Positions 14,993 through 24,675 of a stretch of DNA of 43,875 nucleotides are shown here, one piece after another; within the stretch, counting starts at the first letter, position 1; each line of letters opens with the position of its first letter. Below the pieces are notes generated by a model. That model was not told the origin of the DNA. It ran no database searches and saw nothing but the letters and a program-made list of their open reading frames with translations. Both the position numbers and the translations under genes were made by a program. Source of the DNA: Spirochaetaceae bacterium (GTDB lineage Bacteria; Spirochaetota; Spirochaetia; Treponematales; Breznakiellaceae); NCBI GenBank assembly GCA_031269165.1, contig JAISZQ010000101.1:1-43875 (forward strand), read 5' to 3'.

Positions 14993-15130
14993 GTCATTGC
15001 GAGGAGGCGGCGGGTTGCTGACGACGAAGCAATCCAGACGGGGAATGCTTCCGCGCTGGGTTGCTTCGCCCGCTCTAACGAGCGGCTCGCTCGCAATGAC
15101 GGGGCTCGCTCTAACGGGCGGGTCGCGAGG
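14993..15130. repeat. REP-like family-1 element block
   Basis: GTCATTGCGAGG..GAAGCAATCCAGACGGGGAATGCTTCCGCGCTGGGTTGCTTCGC..CTCGCAATGAC. Confidence 0.85.
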
Positions 15131-15239
15131 CAAAAGGTATAGAGGTTAAAAAATAACAAAATTGATTTGTGCGGTTTCTGTTATCTGTGGTTATAAGGAG
15201 TTTTTTATGGGGTTTAAATTTATTTTTGGAGGAAGAAAG

Positions 15240-16130
15240 ATGAGAAACAAAAGGATTTTTTGCGGTTTGTTGGTAGTTGTGTCGGTGTTCTTGGCGGTGC
15301 CGGTGTTTGCGGGCAGTCAGGCGGAGAACACCACGCAAGCGGCAAAGAACTCGGAGAGTTCTACGGACTCAACGAGTTCCGCGGACTCAGCGAGTTCCGC
15401 GAACTCGGTCACCATTTATGTGGTGCGGCACGGACAGACGATTTTCAATCTGATGGACCGGGTTCAGGGAATTTCCGACGGCATTTTGACCGAAAAGGGA
15501 ATCGTGGGCGCGGTCAACATGGGAAAAGGGTTGCGCGACGTACCGTTCAATGCCGTGTATTCAAGCGATTTGAAGCGGGCGATTGAGACGGCGCGGCTTG
15601 CGATGGAGCAGAACCGCGCAACAAAGCAATGGACGGTTACGGAAAAGAAAGAATTGCGCGAGGTGAGTTTCGGCATTTTTGAGGGCGATCCGAACTGGAT
15701 GATGTATGCGGCTCTTGCCAAGGATTTAGGAATTACGATTCCTGATGACGCGAAGTCGATAGGCGCGGCGGTTATGCCAATCGTGCAGTACTACGGCGGA
15801 GACACGAAAAAGTTCCTTGAAGGGCTGGCGGATTTCAACAAAAAAGTTGACACGACCTACAAGATTTCCGAGGATGCGTCCGAGGTGTACGCGCGCCTCA
15901 AGAAGGGCATGAACGCGATTGTCACCGAAAACCCGAACGGCGGCAACGTGATGCTGGTCGCCCACGGCCAGTCGATCTCCTTTCTGCTCGCGGCAGTCGG
16001 CGTTGAAGTTTCCGCCCAGCTTGGCAACTCAAGCGTAACCAAACTCGTCTACGACTATGCGACAAAAACGTACCGCATTGACGGCCCGGTCGGGGATATG
16101 AGTTATGCGGAAGCGGGCGAGAAGATGTAG
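15240..16130 (+). CDS. Exported histidine phosphatase (phosphoglycerate-mutase-like superfamily), paralogue 1
   Basis: RBS GGAGG plus ATG 15240. Signal peptide MRNKRIFCGLLVVVSVFLAVPVFA/GS, then a Ser/Thr-rich linker. Catalytic YVVRHGQTIFN, and LVAHGQSI near the C-terminus. Confidence 0.8.
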   Translation: MRNKRIFCGLLVVVSVFLAVPVFAGSQAENTTQAAKNSESSTDSTSSADSASSANSVTIYVVRHGQTIFNLMDRVQGISDGILTEKGIVGAVNMGKGLRDVPFNAVYSSDLKRAIETARLAMEQNRATKQWTVTEKKELREVSFGIFEGDPNWMMYAALAKDLGITIPDDAKSIGAAVMPIVQYYGGDTKKFLEGLADFNKKVDTTYKISEDASEVYARLKKGMNAIVTENPNGGNVMLVAHGQSISFLLAAVGVEVSAQLGNSSVTKLVYDYATKTYRIDGPVGDMSYAEAGEKM

Positions 16131-16181
16131 GGTGGAGAAGGGTTTTTTATGGGTTTAACATTATTTTTGGAGGCAACAGAG

Positions 16182-16952
16182 ATGAGAAGCAAGAGAATTC
16201 TTTGCGGTTTGTTGGTGGTTGTGTCGGTGTTCTTGGCGGTACCGGTGTTTGCGGGCGGCGGCGGGGAAAAGCCGGTTACGATTTATGTAACGCGGCACGG
16301 TCGGACGCTTTTTAACACGAAAGAGCTCGCGCAGGGGTGGGCGGATAGCCCGCTTACGCCTGAAGGGATTGCGGTTGCGGAAGATTTAGGGCGCGGGTTG
16401 CGGGATGTGCCGTTTGACTACGTGATTTCCAGTGACTTGGTGCGGGCGCGGCAAACGGCCCGGCTGGTGATGGCGCAAAACCGTGTCAGCAAGAACTACC
16501 GGCTTGAGGACACAGAGACGTTGCGCGAAGCCTGTTACGGTCAGTTTGAGGGCGACCCGAACGGCGAAATGATCGCCGCTTTTGCCAAAGAAACGGGGGC
16601 TACGATGGAATCTATGATGCAGGATCCCTATATGTGGCTGAAAGCGGCGGACTCGGTAAAACGGCTTGATACGAGCGGCATGGCGGAAGACGCGGCGACG
16701 ATCAAGGCCCGTATGCAGGGAACGCTCACTGCGGTTGCGAAGGCCCAGGCGAAAAAGGGCGGCAATGTCCTCTTGGTCGCGCACGGCCAGTCGATTAACA
16801 TCATGCTGTCCGACCTTGACCCGGCGTTTAACTACACGGGGACGTCACTCGCAAACGCGGCGGTGAGCAAAGTTGTCTATCAGAACGGCAAGTTCACCAT
16901 CGAGTCGTTTAACGACACCAGTTATATCGACGCCGGCAAGGCTTTGCGGTAG
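16182..16952 (+). CDS. Exported histidine phosphatase, paralogue 2
   Basis: The 5' UTR and signal peptide are nearly identical to paralogue 1 (MRSKRILCGLLVVVSVFLAVPVFAGG). Catalytic motifs YVTRHGRTLFN and LVAHGQSI. Confidence 0.8.
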   Translation: MRSKRILCGLLVVVSVFLAVPVFAGGGGEKPVTIYVTRHGRTLFNTKELAQGWADSPLTPEGIAVAEDLGRGLRDVPFDYVISSDLVRARQTARLVMAQNRVSKNYRLEDTETLREACYGQFEGDPNGEMIAAFAKETGATMESMMQDPYMWLKAADSVKRLDTSGMAEDAATIKARMQGTLTAVAKAQAKKGGNVLLVAHGQSINIMLSDLDPAFNYTGTSLANAAVSKVVYQNGKFTIESFNDTSYIDAGKALR

Positions 16953-17021
16953 CCCCTCGGGGGCTTTCCTTGGGCTTGTTGCGAGGAGAACGAGTGTCGG
17001 GTCCCCCTTCGGGGGAGGGTC

Positions 17022-17262
17022 GTCATTGCGAGGGCGGAGCCCGAAGCAATCCAGACGAGGGAGGCCCTTACCCTGGATTGCCGCGCTACGCTCGCAATGA
17101 CGGGGGCTCGCTCGCAATGACACGTGCGGTGGGCGAAGGAACATCGTCATTGCGAGGGCGGAGCCCGAAGCAATCCAGACGGAGGATGCCCTCACCCTGG
17201 ATTGCCGCGCTTCGCTCGCAATGACGGGGGGCTCGCTCGCAATGACACGTGCGGTGGGCGGA
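17022..17262. repeat. Two tandem REP-like family-1 units (~125 bp each)
   Basis: GTCATTGCGAGGGCGGAGCCCGAAGCAATCCAGACG..CCCTGGATTGCCGCGC..CGCTCGCAATGAC..GCTCGCTCGCAATGACACGTGCGGTGGGCG occurs twice. Confidence 0.9.
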
Positions 17263-17336
17263 TTGGTTGTGCGTTGTGATTAAGGTTGTTATTTATTTTA
17301 TGGAAGGAGTTTTTTATGAATAGGAAGGAGTTTGTT

Positions 17337-18167
17337 ATGAAAAAGACAGTTATGCAAAAGATGGGTGCGGTTTTCTTTGCCGCAGTGGTCGGGGTCGTGC
17401 TGATTGCCGGTTGCGCGTCGGTATCTTCAAAAAGCGGCTGGGTGCCCAGCGATGACGGTTCGGTTACGTTTTACGTAACCCGTCACGGCAGGACGATGTT
17501 CAACACGGTACACCGGGCTCAAGGCTGGTCGGACACGCCGCTTACGCCTCCGGGGGTTGAAGTCGCCGAGCAGCTCGGCAGGGGGATTAAAGCGCAGGGG
17601 ATAACGTTTAATGCCGCGTGGTCCAGTGATTCGGGACGGGCGCGGGAGACGGCGCGTTTGGTGCTGGAGAACAGCGGCAACGCCGGCATTGCGCTGCGGG
17701 AAACCAAAAACTTCCGTGAGAGTGGTTTCGGTTTGTTCGAAGGAGATACGGACGAGAATATGTGGGGCAACGCCGGCATCCATCTTGGGCTGGGAAATAC
17801 GGTCGAGGAAGCGTACCAAGCCATATTTGCGGCCATGATGACCGGACGTTATACCATCTCCGATGTGCTGGGTGCCGTCAAAGCGATAGACACCACGGGT
17901 TTTGCCGAGGATTACGATACGGTCAAGACACGGATGCAAAATCAGCTTGTCCAACTGGCCGAGGAGTATGCCGGAAAAGGCGGCGGAAACATTCTGGTCG
18001 TTGCCCACGGGATTTCGATTCTGGCAATGATTTCCGATTGGACCACCGAACAGCCGAAAGGCGGGCAGCTTGAGAACGCGAGCGTTACCAAAGTTGTTTA
18101 CAAAGACGGGAAGTTTACGGTAACCGAGCTTAACAATATGGCATACGTCGAAGCGGGCTCGCAATGA
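17337..18167 (+). CDS. Histidine phosphatase lipoprotein, paralogue 3
   Basis: RBS AGGAG plus ATG 17337. Lipobox VLIAG-C. Catalytic motifs YVTRHGRTMFN and VVAHGISI. The TGA stop lies inside a family-1 repeat. Confidence 0.8.
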   Translation: MKKTVMQKMGAVFFAAVVGVVLIAGCASVSSKSGWVPSDDGSVTFYVTRHGRTMFNTVHRAQGWSDTPLTPPGVEVAEQLGRGIKAQGITFNAAWSSDSGRARETARLVLENSGNAGIALRETKNFRESGFGLFEGDTDENMWGNAGIHLGLGNTVEEAYQAIFAAMMTGRYTISDVLGAVKAIDTTGFAEDYDTVKTRMQNQLVQLAEEYAGKGGGNILVVAHGISILAMISDWTTEQPKGGQLENASVTKVVYKDGKFTVTELNNMAYVEAGSQ

Positions 18168-18386
18168 CACGTGCGGTGGGCGGAGGGACATCGTCATTGC
18201 GAGGGCGGAGCGACGAAGCAATCTAGACGGAGAAGGCCGTCACCCTGGATTGCCGCGCTTCGCTCGCAATGACAAAGGGCAACGTCATTGCGAGGGCGAA
18301 GGAACATCGTCATTGCGAGGGCGGAGCCCGAAGCAATCCAGACGGAGGATGCCTTCACCCTAGATTGCTTCGCTTCGCTCGCAATG
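18157..18386. repeat. REP-like family-1 block (2 units plus half-sites)
   Basis: It begins GCTCGCAATGACACGTGCGGTGGGCGG, as in 17101-17133 and 17225-17262, and is followed by two GTCATTGCGAGGGCG..GAAGCAATC(C/T)AGACGGAG.. hairpins. Confidence 0.9.
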
Positions 18387-18529
18387 GCAGAGGGTGGCGC
18401 GTGTTGCGCGAATAGACAGAAGCATTAAACAGGGAGAATGCCGTGTTATGGAGACCGCGCGTTCTGTTGCCATCTTTTTCCAGTCTCCATGTACCATTTT
18501 TCATTCCCCAGAGGGGATTTCCCCTTTGA

Positions 18530-19984
<1,455 letters not shown>

Positions 19985-20011
19985 GGGATAAAAGAGAAAA
20001 AATGATCCGCG

Positions 20012-20052
20012 AACAGACACGAACAAATACGTTTGTTCGTGTCTGTTTGTCT
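20012..20052 (+). terminator. 16-bp perfect hairpin AACAGACACGAACAAA-TACG-TTTGTTCGTGTCTGTT with a T-rich tail, downstream of bglA
   Basis: Read directly from the sequence. It lies 28 nt after the bglA stop. Confidence 0.55.
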
Positions 20053-20526
20053 GTGTGGTTGCGGGCCAAAGGCCGGAAATTTTCAATTCCCTGCGGTTCA
20101 TGTTCTATTATTCGAGCCCGTTCCAAAACCCCACGAGGTTTTTTCCTCACCGTGATTCGGGGGCGGGGCGAGCCCTGCGGGTCGCCTTCGGGGGTGGTAC
20201 CCTACAGCCCTCAGCGTCCTGCTTCGGACTTCCGGGCCGGGGCGTGGCACACCTACGGTGTGCTTCAGTAATGCGTCCGTCCGTGGACGCTGAGCAAACC
20301 ATGCGGTTTGCTTAAGGTACGCCCACTAAGCCAAGCAACGCTTGGCCACCATGCACCGCATGGTTTTGTCCCCGTTGAAGGGGGTAGCGTAGGGCTTAAG
20401 CCCGAAGCGAGGGGGAAGACGCGGCAATTTGCCGATTCCCCCTTTCGCTGGGTTTTGGAACAACCTCATTCATGTATCATTTTCAATTCTCCATTCTCCA
20501 TTCGCGCGAAGCGCGCATACTGCCTC

Positions 20527-20555
20527 TTGTAACTTGTACGCGGCTATGCTATACT
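20527..20555 (+). promoter_or_regulatory. Sigma70-like promoter TTGTAA-17-TATACT upstream of rpmH
   Basis: -35 at 20527-20532 and -10 at 20550-20555. The AGGAG RBS lies at 20572. Confidence 0.45.
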
Positions 20556-20585
20556 TGCCGGACTAAGTGTGAGGAGTGCGACAGC

Positions 20586-20741
20586 ATGAAAAGGACATAT
20601 CAGCCGAGCAAGGTTAAGCGCAACCGGAAGTTTGGGTTCCGCGCAAGGATGGCTACCCGTGGGGGAAGGCTTGTTTTGAAGAGAAGGCGGACGAAAGGGC
20701 GGAAGAAGCTCTCCGTGGCGAATGAGCGGAAGCCCTACTGA
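20586..20741 (+). CDS. rpmH: 50S ribosomal protein L34
   Basis: [43 protein letters not shown].. is the canonical L34 sequence. The ORF-track N-terminal extension was discarded. Confidence 0.95.
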   Translation: MKRTYQPSKVKRNRKFGFRARMATRGGRLVLKRRRTKGRKKLSVANERKPY

Positions 20742-21138
20742 ACCGGCGGGCGCATCGGGGCCGCGCCGGGTGTTTCCCCGGACGGAACGGTTGAAAAAGC
20801 GGGCGGATATCCGGGCGGCGATGAAGAAAGGGCGGTGTGTAACCGAATATGGCGCGAAGTTGTTCTATATCAGGAATAATCTTTCCTATAACAGGATAGC
20901 GTTCACTTTTGCCCGGAAATTTGGTAACGCGGTGGAGCGGAACCGGGCGCGGCGGCTTGGCCGTGAGAGTTATCGGTATATGCGCGCCGGGCTGTCGGTG
21001 GGATGGGACTTTGTCCTGCTCGTCTATCCCGGTGAGCGTACAGGCGGGGCTACCTTTGAGAGGCGGTTCCGGCAGTTAAAGGCTCTGGTGAACCGCGCCG
21101 GTTTAGGAATCGGGCAGATGAAAACGGAAAGGGCATGA
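20722..21138 (+). CDS. rnpA: Ribonuclease P protein component
   Basis: It follows and overlaps rpm[36 protein letters not shown] and the R-rich RNR-like motif match the family. The exact start is uncertain. Confidence 0.8.
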   Translation: MSGSPTEPAGASGPRRVFPRTERLKKRADIRAAMKKGRCVTEYGAKLFYIRNNLSYNRIAFTFARKFGNAVERNRARRLGRESYRYMRAGLSVGWDFVLLVYPGERTGGATFERRFRQLKALVNRAGLGIGQMKTERA

Positions 21139-21344
21139 AGTTTTTGGTACTGGGACTTATCAAGTTTTACCGGGCGGCGGTTTCCCCTTACACGCGGGCG
21201 TGTTGCCGTTTTTATCCGACGTGTTCGGCGTATGCGCTGGAAGTGGTTGAAAAGTACGGAGTGGTGAAAGGGGGGTATCTCGCGGTTCGGCGGATTCTCC
21301 GCTGTCATCCCTTTCATGCGGGCGGGTTCGACCCGGTGCCCTGA
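21135..21344 (+). CDS. yidD: Membrane protein insertion efficiency factor YidD
   Basis: LIKFYRAAVSPY....CRFYPTCSAYALEVVEKYGVVKGGYLAVRRILRCHPFHAGGFDPVP. Confidence 0.95.
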   Translation: MKFLVLGLIKFYRAAVSPYTRACCRFYPTCSAYALEVVEKYGVVKGGYLAVRRILRCHPFHAGGFDPVP

Positions 21345-21464
21345 AAAGCGTTGATTTGTTCCGTCGGGGTTGAAGGGGACGACGGGAATACATCGGCGTT
21401 ATTTTAATGAGGAAACACGCGGATTGGCGCGAGGGTAATCAGCGGTTTCCTGAAAGAGGTTGTA

Positions 21465-23264
21465 TTGGATAAGCGAACGTTATTGGCCGTGGTTTTGTCC
21501 ACGCTGGTTATCATAGTGTTTTATATGGCGCAGGCGGCATTGGCACCGCCTGTCGAGCCGCCACCCGCTCCGTCTTCGGGGCAGGTTGTCGAGCAGCCGC
21601 TTCCGGCGAATCCCGTTGGGGAAGAGCCGGCGCCTCGGTTCGATCCGTTAACGGTGTCCATTCCCCAAGAGGAAGAGGCCATTCCCGCGCAGACGGTACT
21701 CATCGAGACGGACTTGCTTCGAGTTACGCTGAGTAACGAGGGCGGCGACATCACGTCGTTCCGCTTGAAGCAACATAAGGATAGTTCGTCAACAGGCGAT
21801 GAGGAAGTGGACATGATTTTTTCCGGGGACACGCCGGGTCATGCCTTCACTGTGGCGTTTGGCAACTGGACGACGACCCCGGTAACGTCGCGGTTCGCCA
21901 TCAACCGTACCGGGGAACACAGCGTCGAGTTTTCCCGCGCCTTTTCGCTGGGAGACGGCGGCCAGACATTCACGTTGAAAAAGAAGTACACGTTTATACC
22001 GGGCGAATACCTGTTTCAGCTTGACGTGACCATTGACGGGAGCGGGCAGCCTCCGCTGAATTTTAACGGGACGGCGTATACGCTCGGTTTCGGGCCGCAG
22101 ATTGGCCCCCGGTTTGACCGGATCGACGAACAGCAGAACTTCAGGCGTTACTTCACCTTTGTCAACGGCAAGATGCGGCAGGAAAAGGTGGGGGCGTCCG
22201 CCAACGTCGAGATCAACTCACGTTTTACGTGGGCCGCGCTGACTGGGAAATACTTCGCGTTTATCGCGGTTCCCGACGCGACGAGTTACACGGCGATTTT
22301 TTCGCAGAAGCAGAACGACGACGGCCTCGCGCAGTCTTCCCGTTTCTATCTTGCGCGTCCGGCGTTGCAGGCGTCCCACACCACGGACATTTACCGCTTT
22401 TATATCGGGCCGAAAACCCAGGACGCGCTCAGTATCTACGACAACGCCCGCAATATGTTCAAATACACCGACCTGCAAATCAGCAAACTGGGGGCGACAA
22501 GCGGTTTCTGGAGTATCTTGAACCCGCTTGAATGGGTCTTAAAACAGATTCTTACCTTTTTTAATAACCTTGTACATAACTACGGGATCGCGATTATTCT
22601 CGTAACGCTGGTGGTGAAGATTTTGATGTTCCCGCTGACCAAAAAAAGTTCCGAGGGGACGTTGCGGATGCAGATGATTTCGCCGAAAATCAAAGAATTG
22701 CAGGAAAAGTACAAGGACAACCCGCAGAAAATGAACATGGAGATGGCCAATCTCTATAAAAAAGAGGGATACAACCCGCTTTCCGGCTGTCTGCCGATGC
22801 TTTTGCAGTTTCCGATTTTTATAGCGATGTACAGTCTGTTCAACAACCACTTTGACCTGCGGGGCGCGATGTTTATTTCCGGCTGGATCCCCGATCTTTC
22901 CCTGCCCGAAACGATTTGGAATTTCGCGCCGACACGTATTCCCCTTCTGGGCTGGAGCGACATACGGCTCTTGCCGTTTGTCTATGTCGCGTCCCAGTTG
23001 ATTTACGGCAAGGTAACCCAGACGCCCGACACGGCGGCTAACCCGCAGATGAAGATGATGCTCTATGTGATGCCGATCGTCTTTTTCTTCGTGCTGTACA
23101 ACGTGCCGTCCGGCTTGCTGGTCTACTGGATCATGTCCAACGTTTTGACGATGATTCAGCAACTGGCGATCAACAAGTACATGAAACAGCGGAAAGCGGC
23201 GTTGGGGTTAAACAGCGAGCCACAAAAAACGGTGATCGCCAAACCGAAGAAAAAGAAAAGATAG
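21465..23264 (+). CDS. yidC: Membrane protein insertase YidC (long periplasmic P1 domain form)
   Basis: TTG start. An N-terminal TM segment, a large P1 domain, and a C-terminal 60-kDa-IMP core (NYGIAIILVTLVVKILMFPLT, GCLPMLLQFPIFIAMY, VPSGLLVYWIMSN). Confidence 0.9.
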   Translation: MDKRTLLAVVLSTLVIIVFYMAQAALAPPVEPPPAPSSGQVVEQPLPANPVGEEPAPRFDPLTVSIPQEEEAIPAQTVLIETDLLRVTLSNEGGDITSFRLKQHKDSSSTGDEEVDMIFSGDTPGHAFTVAFGNWTTTPVTSRFAINRTGEHSVEFSRAFSLGDGGQTFTLKKKYTFIPGEYLFQLDVTIDGSGQPPLNFNGTAYTLGFGPQIGPRFDRIDEQQNFRRYFTFVNGKMRQEKVGASANVEINSRFTWAALTGKYFAFIAVPDATSYTAIFSQKQNDDGLAQSSRFYLARPALQASHTTDIYRFYIGPKTQDALSIYDNARNMFKYTDLQISKLGATSGFWSILNPLEWVLKQILTFFNNLVHNYGIAIILVTLVVKILMFPLTKKSSEGTLRMQMISPKIKELQEKYKDNPQKMNMEMANLYKKEGYNPLSGCLPMLLQFPIFIAMYSLFNNHFDLRGAMFISGWIPDLSLPETIWNFAPTRIPLLGWSDIRLLPFVYVASQLIYGKVTQTPDTAANPQMKMMLYVMPIVFFFVLYNVPSGLLVYWIMSNVLTMIQQLAINKYMKQRKAALGLNSEPQKTVIAKPKKKKR

Positions 23265-23322
23265 GGGTGCGCGCGTTGCGCGAATGGAAAACGGATAATG
23301 AGTGGATTTTGGAATAACGATT

Positions 23323-23416
23323 AACCACAGATGGCGCGGATGAAAAGGATGGGCACAGATTTAATCCGTGTTCATCTGCGTCGCTGTTTACGGCGTGTGT
23401 AATCTGTGGTTTTTTG
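23323..23416 (+). terminator. Long stem-loop closed by AACCACAGAT/ATCTGTGGTT and followed by T6, downstream of yidC
   Basis: A 10-bp closing stem around about 70 nt that contains an inner CAGAT/ATCTG pairing, with a TTTTTT tail. Confidence 0.35.
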
Positions 23417-23507
23417 TGATTGCATTTTCCATTATCCATTTTCAATTCCCCGAAGGGGCAAGGGGTAGCGCGGTTTCGAATACTTTAGTTTCCGGGAGGA
23501 TAAAAAT

Positions 23508-24257
23508 ATGGTTTATCAGTTTGAAGGAAAAACAGAAAAAGAAGCGATCGCAAACGCGGCGCGGGAGCTTGGGCTCGAAAAAGACAAATTCGATGTTGAG
23601 ATTATCGAAACGCAGAAGGGAGGGCTTTTCAAGAAAGGGCTGGTGCGTATAGAGGTTCACGCCGACGAGATTATCTCGAAAAACTCAGGCGACAGGTATC
23701 AGGTTTCGATGAACGGCTTAGAAGGCGAGGGTTCGGGGGAAAGGGCAGGGGGGACGAAAACGCAGGTGATTGTCGAGGAGGCCCCGCTTTCCGTAGAGAA
23801 CGACTTTGAAAAGGCGATGATTGAGTTCGTCTCGAACGTCATTGAAAAAATGGGATATGACGTAACCGTGACGATCCAGTTCCGCGAAAAGAACAAGCTC
23901 GGCCTGAAGATCGCCTCGCGTCATTCGCCGATCATCATCGGCAAGAAAGGCAAGAACCTCGACGCGCTGCAACTCGTGGCGAATATCTATGCGGGTCGCG
24001 TGGGGAAGCCCGAAGTCCACGTCGTGCTGGACAGCGAAAATTACCGTCTGCGCCGCGAAGAATCCATCGTCCGCATGGCCTACGATGTGGCGGACCGGGT
24101 ACGCGCCAATCGCTCCTCGTTGCTCTTGGAGCCGATGAACCCCTTCGAGCGGCGGCTCGTCCATACCACGCTCAGCGATATCAAGGACATCGCGACGCGC
24201 AGCGAAGGCGAGGGGATGTACAAGCAGGTGCGCGTGAGTTACCGGGGCGCGAAGTAG
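23508..24257 (+). CDS. jag: Jag/KhpB RNA-binding protein (Jag_N, KH, R3H)
   Basis: MVYQFEGKTEKEAIANAARELG.., IIGKKGKNLDALQ, and C-terminal EPMNPFERRLVHTTL (R3H). Confidence 0.85.
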   Translation: MVYQFEGKTEKEAIANAARELGLEKDKFDVEIIETQKGGLFKKGLVRIEVHADEIISKNSGDRYQVSMNGLEGEGSGERAGGTKTQVIVEEAPLSVENDFEKAMIEFVSNVIEKMGYDVTVTIQFREKNKLGLKIASRHSPIIIGKKGKNLDALQLVANIYAGRVGKPEVHVVLDSENYRLRREESIVRMAYDVADRVRANRSSLLLEPMNPFERRLVHTTLSDIKDIATRSEGEGMYKQVRVSYRGAK

Positions 24258-24356
24258 CGGGTTCAATCACGCAGGGGGATCCTCCGCTACCCCTGAGCCT
24301 GTTTCAGAACTCGGTTTCAATGTTCTATTTTCCTTTCGCGTACCGCGCTACCACTC

Positions 24357-24586
24357 GTCATTGCGAGCCCGCTTTGTCCACCGCAGGTGTCATTGCGAGC
24401 GGGCCGCTCGTGAGAGCGGGCGAAGCAATCCATACCCCTTTGGGGAATGGATAATGGAGAATGATGGTGACAGAATGTGTCGTCATTGCGGAGCGGAGCC
24501 GCTTGTCATTGCGAGCGAAGCGAAGCAATCCAGTGTGATGACGCTCCTCGTCTGGATTGCTTCACCGCTACGCACTTCGCAATGAC
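24357..24586. repeat. REP-like family-1 block
   Basis: Several GTCATTGCGAGCG half-sites plus a complete GTCATTGCGAGCGAAGCGAAGCAATCCAG..CTGGATTGCTTC..CGCAATGAC hairpin. Confidence 0.85.
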
Positions 24587-24587
24587 G

Positions 24588-24638
24588 GCATTATCCATTT
24601 TCAATTCTCCATTTTCCATTCGCGCAAAGCGCGCATGA
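24588..24638 (+). repeat. Family-4 element (TTATCCATTTTCAATTCTCCATTTTCCATTCGCGCAAAGCGCGCAT)
   Basis: Near-identical copy at 20470-20520. Inverted or partial copies at about 12605-12640, 18395-18420, 23268-23320, 23418-23450 and 24445-24475. Confidence 0.8.
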
Positions 24639-24640
24639 TC

Positions 24641-24669
24641 TTGTCCCGCACGCGCCGCCCGGTTACACT
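24641..24669 (+). promoter_or_regulatory. Sigma70-like promoter TTGTCC-17-TACACT; the -10 ends 6 nt before the uvrD ATG
   Basis: -35 at 24641-24646 and -10 at 24664-24669, with the ATG at 24676 and no RBS. This is compatible with a leaderless mRNA. Confidence 0.35.
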
Positions 24670-24675
24670 GATGCG

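Noticed and set aside
19985-20585. Possible oriC, because rpmH often neighbours dnaA and oriC.
   Set aside because: No dnaA or dnaN is present here. bglA lies upstream on the same strand. I found no cluster of TTATCCACA-type boxes (only TTATCCATTTTC within a dispersed repeat) and no AT-rich unwinding element.
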